64,000 nt of DNA, from positions 9,491-73,490 of the forward strand of contig CAJADV010000085.1 in NCBI GenBank assembly GCA_903938575.1, read 5' to 3'. The notes beneath the pieces are model-generated. The model did not search any database, was not told the origin of the DNA, and saw only the letters and a list, made by a program, of their open reading frames with translations. Positions 32,398 through 42,490 of the stretch are shown piece by piece; position 1 is the stretch's first letter; each line of letters opens with the position of its first letter. The position numbers were made by a program, and so were the translations under genes. The DNA comes from an uncultured Gammaproteobacteria bacterium. GTDB lineage: Bacteria; Pseudomonadota; Gammaproteobacteria; Pseudomonadales; UBA5518.

Positions 32398-33555
32398 TCA
32401 GGGCTTCGGGACGTCGGCCGGATCCGGCATGCCGGTCAGGATCGGCTTGCGCTTGCCATCCTTGATCTCGACGATGGTGATGTCGCGGGTCGGCATGCGG
32501 TTGGTACCGGCATAGGTCACCTTTCCTGTGAGCACCTCGACGTCCTTGAGGTTCGCCAGCGCGTCGCGCAGTGCCGGGCCGTCCACCGAACCCGCCGCCC
32601 TCACAGCCGCATCGAGGATGTAGGGGATCTCATAGCCGGTTGCGACATAGACCGTCTCTGGTGCTGCACCCGTCTTCTCCTTGAACTTGTCGTAGAAGGC
32701 GGCGAGCTTCGAGCCTTCGACGGGCGAACCCGCCGTGGTGTGCACGATGCCATTGGCGATGGCACCCAGCCCAGTGATGGTCGGGCTGTCTATTCCGTCA
32801 GAGCCGATGATCGGCGCCGTCACGCCAGCACCGCGCAGCTGCTGCAGAAAAGCCGGGAAGTCCGGCTCATAGGCAGCGGTCATGATGGCGTCAGGCTGCG
32901 GGTTCAGCGCCTTGATCTTGGTAACCTCGGCGGCGAAGTCCTGCTGGCCCATGGTGTAGGTGCCTTCGCCCTCGATGGTGCCGCCCTTCTTTTTGAATAC
33001 CTCTTCAAAATACTCCGGCAGCCGCAGCGTATAGGCACTGTCAGGCGACTTCAGGATGTAGATGTTCTTGTAGCCCTTCTTGGCGGCGTAGTCGGCGAGC
33101 AGCGCTGCCTGGGCGTTGTCAGCCGGATAGGTGCCGAACATGTAGTCGCCCACGGCTTCGGTGATGGTCGGCGTGGTGCCGCAGAAGGTGAGAGTGGGGA
33201 TTTGTGCCGGTTGGCTGATTTGGCCTGCGGCGATCGAAGGGTCCGCGTCGCAGGGGGTGATCATCACCTTCACGCCCTCGGCAACGAGTTCCTGTGCGGC
33301 CTGCACAGTGGCGGCCGTGTCGGTGCGTGTGTCTTTGATGTCGAGAACGATCTTGTACTTGCCGGCAAGTCCGCCCGTGGCATTGAGTTCCTCGACCGCC
33401 ATCTTGAAGCCGGCAAGCGAGGGCTGGTCTGAATAGGCGAGAGCGCCGGTCTGGCCGGTAGCGAGGCCGATCGTGATGTCCTCGGCGGCAGCTGCCGTGG
33501 TGAGGCCGGCGAGACCCACGGCACTGGCCAGCATGGCGAAGCGGAAGTTCGTCAT
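32398..33555 (-). CDS. Periplasmic substrate-binding protein (LivK/Peripla_BP_6-like)
   Basis: Signal peptide MTNFRFAMLASAVGLAGLTTAAAA, then ITIGLATGQTGALAY...GFKMAVEELNATGG, typical of the family. Confidence 0.85.
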   Translation of the reverse strand: MTNFRFAMLASAVGLAGLTTAAAAEDITIGLATGQTGALAYSDQPSLAGFKMAVEELNATGGLAGKYKIVLDIKDTRTDTAATVQAAQELVAEGVKVMITPCDADPSIAAGQISQPAQIPTLTFCGTTPTITEAVGDYMFGTYPADNAQAALLADYAAKKGYKNIYILKSPDSAYTLRLPEYFEEVFKKKGGTIEGEGTYTMGQQDFAAEVTKIKALNPQPDAIMTAAYEPDFPAFLQQLRGAGVTAPIIGSDGIDSPTITGLGAIANGIVHTTAGSPVEGSKLAAFYDKFKEKTGAAPETVYVATGYEIPYILDAAVRAAGSVDGPALRDALANLKDVEVLTGKVTYAGTNRMPTRDITIVEIKDGKRKPILTGMPDPADVPKP

Positions 33556-33581
33556 GGTGGTTTCCTCCTGTTGTGTTTTTA

Positions 33582-35378
33582 TCAGTGTTTTGCCCGTTTG
33601 GTTCCAATATAGGCCTCGATAACCTTCGGGTCGCCGCGGATCTCCTGCGGCGTACCCTCGGCAATCTTCTGGCCCTTGTTCAGCACCACCATACGGTCGG
33701 ACAGCCGCATGATGAGCCGCATGTCGTGCTCCACAACAAGGAGACCGATCTCGTGGTCGGCGCGGATCGACTCGAGCACGCGGATGAGCGCATCCGTCTC
33801 CGCCGGGTTCATGCCGGCGGCAGGCTCATCGAGCAACAGGAACTTTGGCTCGAGCGCCAGCGCACGGGCGATCTCCAGGCGCCGCCGATCGCCATAGGCG
33901 AAGGAGCCCGCCAGGTCCTCGGCGCGGTGCGCGAGCCCCAGACGGGCAAGCTCGGCGAGGGCGACGCGGCGCGCATTCGCAGCATCGTGGCCCTTGGAGA
34001 GGGCGGCGACGGTGACATTTTCCAGCGCCGACATACGGTCAAAGAGCCGGATGTTCTGAAAGGTACGTCCGAGCCCTGCCACCGCCACGCGGTGCGGGGC
34101 CTCGCCCGTCATTTCCGTACCGCCGATGACGATGCGGCCCGCGGTGGGCTTCGTCTGGCCACAGATGATGTTGATGAGCGTCGTCTTGCCTGCGCCGTTG
34201 GGCCCGATGAGCCCGGTGACCTGCCCAGGCGGCACGACGAAGCTGATGTTGTCGAGCGCCACCAGGCCACCGAAGCGCATGGTGATGGAGTCAATCTCAA
34301 GCGGGGCACCGGCGGGCGCTGTGTGGAGGGCGTCGGACGGAATGGGCTCCAGCTTGCGCCGCGGCCAGTCAGGACCTATCTCGCGAAGCCCCATGAGACC
34401 CAGCGGACGGCGCCAGATGGTCAGCAGGAGTGCCAGCCCCATGCCGAGTTGCGGCAGGCCGAAAATGCCGGGAATGTGCAGCGACCCGAGATCGACGCCG
34501 GTTTCTGCCTGGCGCAGGATCTGCACCACTCCAGCAAGCAGCACCGTGCCCGCGACCGCACCGCTCACGGTCAGCATGCCGCCGACGATCAGCATGGCTA
34601 TAAGCGTGAAGATCAGGTCAAAGTAGAAGTCCTTAGGCGAAAAGGCGCCGAGGAAGCTGCCATAGAGAGCACCGATCACCACGCTCATGGTGATGCTCAA
34701 TGCCCAGCCCTGGTGCCGCGACAGGCGGACATTGACGCCCGAGGCCGCCGCCGCCACCTCGTTCTCGCGCGCCGCTCGCAGCCTGAGGCCCAGCGGCGTT
34801 TCACGCAGGATGCGGGCAATGAGGATGAATACCCCCGCGGCGAGGAAGGCGACGTACACGGTGGTGAGGCGCGGGACACCGTAAAAGGTTTGGCTGCCGC
34901 GGGTGAAGTCACGCGCACCGACCAACGTCACGTGGATGATGATCAGAAAGGCCAGCGTGCCGATCGCCGCGGAGCCGGTCGCAAGCCTGGCCAGCGGAAA
35001 ACCGGAGAGGATGCCGACGACGAGACCCGCCGCTGCCACAAGGAGAAGTGCTGCTGCCAGCGACATCTGGTGGCCCAGCAACCACACCGGCAGGTCAGGC
35101 AGGGCGGAGGCCTGAATGGCCTTGGGCATCACGAGTACGCCGAAGACATAGGCCCCGATCCCCATGAAGGCGGAATGGCCGAAGGACACGATCCCCGAAT
35201 TGCCACTGAAAGTGGCGAGTGCCAGCACGGCCGAGACCTGTAGCAGCGTCAGGGTGGCGATGTTGACCCCGGTGTTGCCGAAGATCAGCGACACCACCAG
35301 CGCAAGCGCGCCAACGCCTGCAATGAGCAGCAAGGCGCTGGTCCATGCTCGTGGCGGAACGCCGGTCCAGGGGAGCAT
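33582..35378 (-). CDS. Fused LivM-like permease / LivG-like ATPase
   Basis: The N-terminal about 340 aa are multi-TM. The C-terminal half has Walker A GPNGAGKTT, signature YGDRRRLEIARAL and Walker B LLLLDEPAAG. Confidence 0.85.
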   Translation of the reverse strand: MLPWTGVPPRAWTSALLLIAGVGALALVVSLIFGNTGVNIATLTLLQVSAVLALATFSGNSGIVSFGHSAFMGIGAYVFGVLVMPKAIQASALPDLPVWLLGHQMSLAAALLLVAAAGLVVGILSGFPLARLATGSAAIGTLAFLIIIHVTLVGARDFTRGSQTFYGVPRLTTVYVAFLAAGVFILIARILRETPLGLRLRAARENEVAAAASGVNVRLSRHQGWALSITMSVVIGALYGSFLGAFSPKDFYFDLIFTLIAMLIVGGMLTVSGAVAGTVLLAGVVQILRQAETGVDLGSLHIPGIFGLPQLGMGLALLLTIWRRPLGLMGLREIGPDWPRRKLEPIPSDALHTAPAGAPLEIDSITMRFGGLVALDNISFVVPPGQVTGLIGPNGAGKTTLINIICGQTKPTAGRIVIGGTEMTGEAPHRVAVAGLGRTFQNIRLFDRMSALENVTVAALSKGHDAANARRVALAELARLGLAHRAEDLAGSFAYGDRRRLEIARALALEPKFLLLDEPAAGMNPAETDALIRVLESIRADHEIGLLVVEHDMRLIMRLSDRMVVLNKGQKIAEGTPQEIRGDPKVIEAYIGTKRAKH

Positions 35379-35524
35379 TGGGTGTCCTTGGTGTGCAAGG
35401 CCTCGAGCCTACCATGGGCTTGCGCGGCGCGAGCCATTGGACTTTATCGCTCGCTCCCCTCGGCACAGCACCACCCCCTGTCGATCCCCGATCGCAGCCT
35501 CCCCGCTCCCTAGATGCATGCAAT

Positions 35525-35830
35525 TCACGCACTGTCCGTGTGCGCCACGCACGCACTCACCGGCGGCCCCGTCGACGGCGGACCGAGCGAGGCGGTATCG
35601 CTCTCGGTCTTCCCCCGCACATGCGCCAGGATTCGCTCGATCAGCGCCGGTTCCTCGATGCTCCCTACGACCCGCACAGCCTTGCCGCAGCGCACGCAGG
35701 TCTCGACGTCGATGCTGAATGGGTAGTACTGCTCCACCAACCGGCAGAGACTCGTTTGCTCGCGATGGTGGCGCGCGAAGGCGAGTCCACCGGCGGCTTG
35801 TGCCGTATGCGTGCATCGGCTGCGCCTCCT
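35525..35830 (-). pseudogene. IS91-family transposase relic B (C-terminal fragment only)
   Basis: ...SLCRLVEQYYPFSIDVETCVRCGKAVRVVGSIEEPALIERILAHVRGKTESDTASLGPPSTGPPVS contains the Zn-ribbon and C-terminal tail of IS91-type transposases. There is no upstream catalytic region. Same orientation as relic A. Confidence 0.6.
35553..35658. repeat. Direct repeat copy 2 (pairs with 30528-30633)
   Basis: See copy 1. The offset between copies is 5025 nt. Confidence 0.8.
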
Positions 35831-35961
35831 TGCGCAATCGGGTAGTGGCTCAGTGTCGGCTCACCACCATGTGCATGACGATCAGGCGATCCGTCGCCAC
35901 TCACGCTGCGGTAGAAGAGTGAACACGGCCCCGACACCCGCCGGGGCCGCTCACAAAAGGC

Positions 35962-37284
35962 TCAGTGGCTGGAAACCACCGTGAACTGCTCTTCCTCGGT
36001 GGAGCCGGTGAGTGCAGTCACCGACGAGGCGCCGCCCTGGATGCAGGTGGTCACCTGGTCGAAGTAACCGGTGCCCACTTCCTGCTGGTGGCTCACGAAG
36101 CTGTAACCGCGGCTCGCGGCAGCGAATTCCTTTTCCTGCAGCTCGACGTAGGAGGTCATGCCGTTGCGGGCATAGCCGTAGGCGAGTTCGAACATGTTGT
36201 ACCACATGCTGTGAATGCCGGCCAACGTGATGAACTGATACTTGTATCCCATCGCACCGAGCTCGCGCTGGAACTTCGCGATGGTCGCGTCATCGAGGTG
36301 TTTCTTCCAGTTGAAGGACGGCGAGCAGTTGTAGGCGAGCAGCTGGTCGGGGTACTGCTTCCGGATCGCCTCGGCAAACACGCGGGCTTCGTCGAGATCG
36401 GGCTTCGCAGTCTCGCACCAGATGAGATCCGCGTAGGGCGCGTAGGCAAGACCACGGCTGATCGCCTGGTCGATACCAGCGCGCACGTTGTAGAAACCTT
36501 CGGCGGTGCGCGAGCCCGTAACGAAGGGCTTGTCGTTGTCGTCGTGGTCGCTGGTGAGCAATGTGGCTGCGTTGGCATCGGTGCGCGCCAGCACGATGGT
36601 GGGCGTGCCGCAGACATCGGCTGCCAGCCGCGCGGCGATCAGCTTCTGCACCGCTTCCTGCGTGGGCACCAGCACCTTGCCGCCCATGTGGCCGCACTTC
36701 TTGACCGAGGCGAGCTGGTCCTCGAAGTGCACGCCTGCGGCGCCGGCCTCGATCATGGCCTTCATCAGTTCAAAGGCGTTCAGCACGCCGCCGAAACCCG
36801 CCTCTGCATCAGCCACGATAGGGGCGAAGTAATCGACGTATTTGGCATCGTGGGGACCGACGTTATTGGCCCACTGGATCTGGTCTGCCCGGCGGAAGGC
36901 ATTGTTGATGCGGCTCACCACGGCGGGGACGGAATTGACGGGGTAGAGGGACTGGTCGGGGTACATGGTCTGGGCGGAGTTGTTATCGGCGGCCACTTGC
37001 CAGCCCGAGAGGTAGATCGCCTTGACGCCAGCCTTGACCTGCTGCACGGCCTGCCCGCCAGTGAGGGCGCCGAGGCAGTTGATGTAGTCCTCTTCGTGGA
37101 TGTACTTCCACAGCTTCTGGGCCCCCAGCTCGGCCAGGGTGTTCTGTGGCTGCAGCGAGCCCCGGAGCTGCACGACGTCGGCGGCGGAATACCCGCGCTT
37201 GACGCCCTTCCAGCGCGGGTTTTCCGCCCAGTCCTTCTCGAGAAGGGCAATTTGGCCGGCACGGGTGGAGGTGTGGATAGTCAT
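35962..37284 (-). CDS. aceA: Isocitrate lyase
   Basis: 440 aa. KKCGHMGGK active-site signature, [11 protein letters not shown], and the N-terminal [25 protein letters not shown]. Confidence 0.95.
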   Translation of the reverse strand: MTIHTSTRAGQIALLEKDWAENPRWKGVKRGYSAADVVQLRGSLQPQNTLAELGAQKLWKYIHEEDYINCLGALTGGQAVQQVKAGVKAIYLSGWQVAADNNSAQTMYPDQSLYPVNSVPAVVSRINNAFRRADQIQWANNVGPHDAKYVDYFAPIVADAEAGFGGVLNAFELMKAMIEAGAAGVHFEDQLASVKKCGHMGGKVLVPTQEAVQKLIAARLAADVCGTPTIVLARTDANAATLLTSDHDDNDKPFVTGSRTAEGFYNVRAGIDQAISRGLAYAPYADLIWCETAKPDLDEARVFAEAIRKQYPDQLLAYNCSPSFNWKKHLDDATIAKFQRELGAMGYKYQFITLAGIHSMWYNMFELAYGYARNGMTSYVELQEKEFAAASRGYSFVSHQQEVGTGYFDQVTTCIQGGASSVTALTGSTEEEQFTVVSSH

Positions 37285-37416
37285 GGCGAAGTCCTCGGCG
37301 TCTTTGGATCGAATATTCGGAGGTCGGCTTTGCCGGGACCCGCGAACGATGGACGGATCTTAGGGACCGTGGAATGATCTATCCAATTTATACTCATTAT
37401 CCTTACCATTCTTTAC
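37285..37416. promoter_or_regulatory. Divergent aceA / LysR-regulator control region
   Basis: Intergenic region with an AT-rich half (37371-37416) that contains the imperfect palindrome GGAATGATCTATCC. Only positional evidence supports it. Confidence 0.35.
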
Positions 37417-38370
37417 ATGAATATAGAGCGAATCGACCTCAACCTGCTCGTGTACCTCGATGTGCTGCTGCGCGAGCGCAACGTCACCCGCTCCGCGAGC
37501 TATCTGGGCATCACACAGCCTGCGATGAGCAACGGACTGCGGCGCCTGCGTGAACTCTTCGACGACCCCCTGCTGGTGCGTACCAAGGAGGGCATGACAC
37601 CCACCGAGCGTGCGCTGGAACTCCAGCCTGTGGTGCGCGGTGCGCTGGCGGCGGTGGAGCGCGAAGTGCAGCCCCGGCGAGCTTTTTCGGCGCGGGAGTC
37701 GGTGCGGGTCTTCCGCATCATGGCGAGCGACTATGCGGAATCCACGCTGTTCCCCGCCGTGCTGGCGCGCCTGCGGGATGAGGCGCCCGAGGTGGTGCTG
37801 GATATCCTGAACCCCTCGGACGTGAGCTACCTGAACGTCGAGCAGGGCAAAGTCGACATGGTGATCAACCGCTTCGACTCGATGCCGCAGTCGTTCCACC
37901 AGGCGACCGTTTGGCAGGACGACTTCAGCTGCCTCATGAGCCGTGACAATCCCATCGCGCGAAGCTTCGACCTCGAGTCCTATCTCGGGGCGCCGCACGT
38001 GTGGGTAAGCAAGACCGGCATGGGCGTGGGCGTGGGTGTGGACCCCTCTGCGGTGCAGAGCCTCGGCTGGGTCGACGAGGCGCTGGCGAGGCTGGGGCGC
38101 AAGCGCAACATCACGGTGTTCACCCGCCATTACCAGGTTGCCGTGCTGCTGGCAGAACAAAAACACCTGGTGGTGACCGTGCCCAGCCGGCTTGCCGGCA
38201 CGCTGCGCAGCGGCGCCGCGGTGGTGGTGAAGACACCGCCCTTCGAGATCCCCCCCTTCGAATTGAAGATGGCCTGGAGTTCCCTGCTGCAGCGCAACCC
38301 CGGGCATCAATGGCTGCGCCGGCTGATCCTTGATGTGGCACACGACATCGAGGCGAGCGGCCCGCCCTGA
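37417..38370 (+). CDS. LysR-family transcriptional regulator
   Basis: DLNLLVYLDVLLRERNVTRSASYLGITQPAMSNGLRRLRELF wHTH followed by a substrate-binding-fold domain. Confidence 0.9.
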   Translation: MNIERIDLNLLVYLDVLLRERNVTRSASYLGITQPAMSNGLRRLRELFDDPLLVRTKEGMTPTERALELQPVVRGALAAVEREVQPRRAFSARESVRVFRIMASDYAESTLFPAVLARLRDEAPEVVLDILNPSDVSYLNVEQGKVDMVINRFDSMPQSFHQATVWQDDFSCLMSRDNPIARSFDLESYLGAPHVWVSKTGMGVGVGVDPSAVQSLGWVDEALARLGRKRNITVFTRHYQVAVLLAEQKHLVVTVPSRLAGTLRSGAAVVVKTPPFEIPPFELKMAWSSLLQRNPGHQWLRRLILDVAHDIEASGPP

Positions 38371-38497
38371 GCCCTTTATTCATTAACTGAATGCCAAAGA
38401 TACGAATCATTTATCAAATTACTTCTGCCGGGCTGGCTAGAATCCGAAGCTCGCCCGGCACACCACCAGCCGCGCGGGATCAGCGAGGACGACGCCA

Positions 38498-40678
38498 ATG
38501 ACCGATCACCAGCTTTGCCAGGGGCTTCGGGTTTCTCCTGAGATCCACGCGCTGGTGGAGCAGGAGGTACTCCCGGGCAGCGGCGTCGGCAGCGAACAGT
38601 TCTGGGGCGGACTCGCCCGAATAGTCGCGGAGTTCTCGCCGCGGACACGCGCCCTCCTCGCCACCCGCGACACCCTTCAGGCAGCAATCGATACCTGGCA
38701 CCGCGCCCATCCCGGCCCGGGCTATGACGCCACCGCTTACAAACACTTTCTGCAGGAGATCGGCTACCTGCTTCCCGAGGGCGGCGATTTCGCGATAAGC
38801 ACCGCCAATGTCGATCCTGAGATCGCCCAAACGGCCGGGCCCCAACTGGTGGTACCGGTGATGAATGCCCGCTACGCCCTGAACGCTGCCAACGCGCGCT
38901 GGGGCAGCCTCTACGATGCGCTCTATGGCACCGATGTGATCCCCGAAACCGACGGCGCTACCCGCAGCGGCCCCTACAACCCGGTACGCGGCGAACGTGT
39001 GATCGCCTTCGCACGCGACTTCCTGGACGCATCAATACCCTTGTCCGGGCAGCGCTGGGCCGACGCCCGTGCACTGACCATCCAGCAGGGCGCGCTGGTC
39101 GTGGAGACCCGTACCGGCACGATAACCGGCCTGCAGGACCCCGGCGCTTTCGTGGGCTTCTGTGGCGAGGCCGGCGCACCCACTGCGGTGCTGCTGCACC
39201 ATCACCGCCTGCACATCGAAATCCAGATCGACCGCGCGAGTCCGGTGGGGCGCGATGACGCGGCCGGGATCAAGGACATCCTCCTCGAGTCCGCTCTCAC
39301 GGTGATCCAGGACTGCGAGGACTCGGTGGCTGCCGTAGACGCCGAGGACAAGGCCCTGGTGTACCGCCACTGGCTCGGACTGATGAAGGGCGACCTGAGC
39401 GAGCACGTAGACAAGGGCGGGCGCCGCCTCACGCGCACGCTGAACCCCGACCGCCACTACACCGGCGCCGATGGTGCCGCACTGAGCCTCCCCGGGCGCA
39501 GCCTCATGCTGGTGCGCAACGTCGGACACCTGATGACCACCGACGCCGTGCTGGACCCCGCCGGCGCCGAGATCCCCGAGGGAATTCTCGACGGCATGAT
39601 CACGGTGGCCTGTGCACTACACGACCTGCGTCGCGCCGCGGGGCTGCGCAACTCGCGGTGTGGCAGCGTCTACATCGTCAAACCCAAGATGCACGGACCC
39701 GCCGAGGTGCAGCTGTCCTGCGATCTCTTCGGCGCCATCGAGGACGCGCTCGGTCTTCCCCGCAACACCGTGAAGATCGGGATCATGGACGAGGAGCGCC
39801 GCACCACGCTGAACCTCAAGGAATGCATCCGCGTGGCGCGCGAGCGCGTGATTTTCATCAACACCGGGTTCCTCGACCGCACGGGCGACGAGATCCACAC
39901 CAGCATGGACGCCGGGCCGATGGTGCGCAAGGAGGCCATGAAGGCGCAGCCCTGGATCCTCGCCTACGAGAACTGGAACGTCGACAACGGACTGGCCGCC
40001 GGCTTCCGCGGCAAGGCGCAGATTGGCAAGGGCATGTGGGCCAAGCCAGACGAGATGGCCGAGATGTACCGCACCAAGGCCGCGCACCCGCGCGCCGGCG
40101 CCAATTGCGCCTGGGTGCCATCGCCCACGGCCGCAACGCTGCACGTGATTCACTATCACCAGGTGGATGTGCCTGCGCGCCAAGCGGAGCTCGCGAGCCG
40201 CGCGCGCGCCGACCGCGGGGAGATACTGCGTATACCACTGCTCAGCGATCCGGGCAGCCTGGACGCTGCCGCCATCCAGCAAGAACTGGATAACAACGCG
40301 CAGGGCATCCTCGGATACGTGGTGCGCTGGGTTGAACAGGGCGTGGGTTGTTCGAAGGTACCGGATATCAACGACGTCGGACTGATGGAGGATCGCGCGA
40401 CACTCAGGATCTCCAGCCAGCATATCGCCAACTGGCTGCATCACGGCATCTGCACCGAGTCACAGGTGATGGCGACGCTCACGAGGATGGCTGCGGTGGT
40501 GGACGGTCAGAACGCCGGCGATCCCGCCTACCGGCCGATGGCACCCGAGGTTGAATCCAGCATTCCCTTCCAGGCGGCGCGCGACCTCGTGCTGCTCGGG
40601 CGAGCACAGCCCAATGGCTATACGGAGCCGCTGCTGCACGCTTACCGGAGGCGTCTCAAGGCAACTGCAGCCGGCTGA
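38498..40678 (+). CDS. glcB: Malate synthase G
   Basis: 726 aa. Length and motifs ([52 protein letters not shown]) match GlcB. Confidence 0.95.
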   Translation: MTDHQLCQGLRVSPEIHALVEQEVLPGSGVGSEQFWGGLARIVAEFSPRTRALLATRDTLQAAIDTWHRAHPGPGYDATAYKHFLQEIGYLLPEGGDFAISTANVDPEIAQTAGPQLVVPVMNARYALNAANARWGSLYDALYGTDVIPETDGATRSGPYNPVRGERVIAFARDFLDASIPLSGQRWADARALTIQQGALVVETRTGTITGLQDPGAFVGFCGEAGAPTAVLLHHHRLHIEIQIDRASPVGRDDAAGIKDILLESALTVIQDCEDSVAAVDAEDKALVYRHWLGLMKGDLSEHVDKGGRRLTRTLNPDRHYTGADGAALSLPGRSLMLVRNVGHLMTTDAVLDPAGAEIPEGILDGMITVACALHDLRRAAGLRNSRCGSVYIVKPKMHGPAEVQLSCDLFGAIEDALGLPRNTVKIGIMDEERRTTLNLKECIRVARERVIFINTGFLDRTGDEIHTSMDAGPMVRKEAMKAQPWILAYENWNVDNGLAAGFRGKAQIGKGMWAKPDEMAEMYRTKAAHPRAGANCAWVPSPTAATLHVIHYHQVDVPARQAELASRARADRGEILRIPLLSDPGSLDAAAIQQELDNNAQGILGYVVRWVEQGVGCSKVPDINDVGLMEDRATLRISSQHIANWLHHGICTESQVMATLTRMAAVVDGQNAGDPAYRPMAPEVESSIPFQAARDLVLLGRAQPNGYTEPLLHAYRRRLKATAAG

Positions 40679-40680
40679 CC

Positions 40681-42477
40681 TCAGGCCGGCCGGGGCGCTC
40701 CAGGGTCCTGCCCGCGTGAGGGCTCGAAGCGCTTGCTGCGGCGGTACGGAAAGGTATCGAAGATGTGCCCGTCACGGATGCGTTGCTGCAAGCCCTGCCA
40801 GTAACGGTAGCCGTAGAGATCAGCGTGCTGCGCTTCGAAGCCCGCTCGGGCAACCGGGTTGCCCGAGAAAAACAACCTGAACTCCTCGGGAAACACGTCG
40901 TTATCGGCCACCGTGTACCACGGGCGATCCGACATCAGGTCCTCTTCGTTCCGGGGCTCCGGGATCGCCCGGAAGTTGCATTCGGTGAGGAGGCAGATCT
41001 CGTCGTAGTCATAGAACACGACACGCCCGTGCCGGGTCACCCCGAAATTCTTGAGCAGCATGTCGCCGGGGAAAATATTGGCAGCGGCCATCTGCTTGAT
41101 CGCGCTGCCGTACTCGTCCATCGCATCACGCACCGCATCCGGGCCGGCCGTGGCGAGATACAGGTTGAGCGGCTCCATCCGGCGCTCCACGTAGACGTGC
41201 CGGATGATGATCCATTTTTCGTCCATCCAGACCTTGGAGGGCGCTACGCGCAGCAGCTCGTCGATCAGCTCCTGGCTGAAGCGATTGCGGTAGAAAATGA
41301 AATTTGAATACTCCTGCGTGTCGGCCATACGGCCGGCGCGATCGGTGCGCGAGACCAGCCGGTATTTCTCGCGGACGATTTCTTCAGTGACCTGCTTGGG
41401 CGGATCAAAGCGGTCCTTGATGACCTTGAACACCACACCGAAGGACGGCAGCGTGAACACTGTCATCACCATGCCCTTGATGCCGGGCGCGATCACGTAG
41501 AGATCATCACTCTGCTTCATGTGGCGGATGATGTCGCGGTAGAACTCGGTCTTGCCGTGCTTGTTGAAACCCAGCGAGTTGTAGAGTTCGGCCGCGCCCT
41601 TCTGCGGCATCAGCGAGAGCAGGAAACGCACGTAGCGCGAGGGAACCGGCGCATCCACCATGAAGTATGTGCGCGTGAACGAAAACACGATGCTCGCATC
41701 GTCCGTATCGAACAACACGGTATCGACATAGATGCCGCCGGCTTCGTTGTTCAGGCAGGGCAGGATGAGCGGTATCACCATGTCGCCGGCGGTGATCCGC
41801 CCCACGATATAGGCCGCCTTGTTGCGGTAGAACACCGACTCCAGCACGTCGATCCGCAGTTGTGCGTCAGCCGCGCCGATGCGGGGCAGCAGCTCCTCGC
41901 GCAGGGTGCGCGCCACGCGGGCGATATCGCGCTCACGATCTTCCCAGGAAGCCGCAAACTCGAAGTCATCGAACAGCCGGCCCAGCACCTCCTCCAGCCC
42001 CAGCGCATTGCCGTAGCGGACATAAATGCTGTATTCGGGCAGTGGCTTGCTGTCTAGCGGGCGCGAGGGCAGCACGAAGATGTGGCGGTCGTGGATGTGC
42101 TCGTGCTCGTGGACCATGCAGAAAATCGAGTTGAAAAATGTCTCCGCGATCTCGTAGTTCGCATGGCTGCTGACCAGCTGCGCGTACGCCGTGCGCGCCT
42201 CGCCCCAGAGCTCGAGATCGGAGAGTTCCTTGCTGCTCACTTCACCGGCCATTCGCGCGACACGATTGGCCTTGTGCTTGTAGAGATCCAGCCGCTCGAT
42301 ATTCGCGCCCTGCACGGCCTGCCAGTTCGCCGTCTCGAAACGCCGCTTGGCGCCCAACGTGATGTTCTGGAACTCGGCAAAATAGGACTCGAATCCATTC
42401 AGGATGGTGCGTGCAATTCTCCGTGCGGCCGCCGAGACAGGTGGCTCAGCGGCCACGGCCGAAAACGTGTCGCTCAT
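40681..42477 (-). CDS. aceK: Isocitrate dehydrogenase kinase/phosphatase
   Basis: Collinear with E. coli AceK as I recall it: GRMADTQE, AAANIFPGDMLLKNFGVTRHGRVVFYDYDEI, DVFPEEF. Confidence 0.95.
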   Translation of the reverse strand: MSDTFSAVAAEPPVSAAARRIARTILNGFESYFAEFQNITLGAKRRFETANWQAVQGANIERLDLYKHKANRVARMAGEVSSKELSDLELWGEARTAYAQLVSSHANYEIAETFFNSIFCMVHEHEHIHDRHIFVLPSRPLDSKPLPEYSIYVRYGNALGLEEVLGRLFDDFEFAASWEDRERDIARVARTLREELLPRIGAADAQLRIDVLESVFYRNKAAYIVGRITAGDMVIPLILPCLNNEAGGIYVDTVLFDTDDASIVFSFTRTYFMVDAPVPSRYVRFLLSLMPQKGAAELYNSLGFNKHGKTEFYRDIIRHMKQSDDLYVIAPGIKGMVMTVFTLPSFGVVFKVIKDRFDPPKQVTEEIVREKYRLVSRTDRAGRMADTQEYSNFIFYRNRFSQELIDELLRVAPSKVWMDEKWIIIRHVYVERRMEPLNLYLATAGPDAVRDAMDEYGSAIKQMAAANIFPGDMLLKNFGVTRHGRVVFYDYDEICLLTECNFRAIPEPRNEEDLMSDRPWYTVADNDVFPEEFRLFFSGNPVARAGFEAQHADLYGYRYWQGLQQRIRDGHIFDTFPYRRSKRFEPSRGQDPGAPRPA

Positions 42478-42490
42478 GCGTTTTCTTGCC

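Noticed and set aside
35965-38343. 470-aa plus-strand ORF over aceA and 327-aa minus-strand ORF over the LysR gene
   Set aside because: They are shadow ORFs opposite confidently identified genes.
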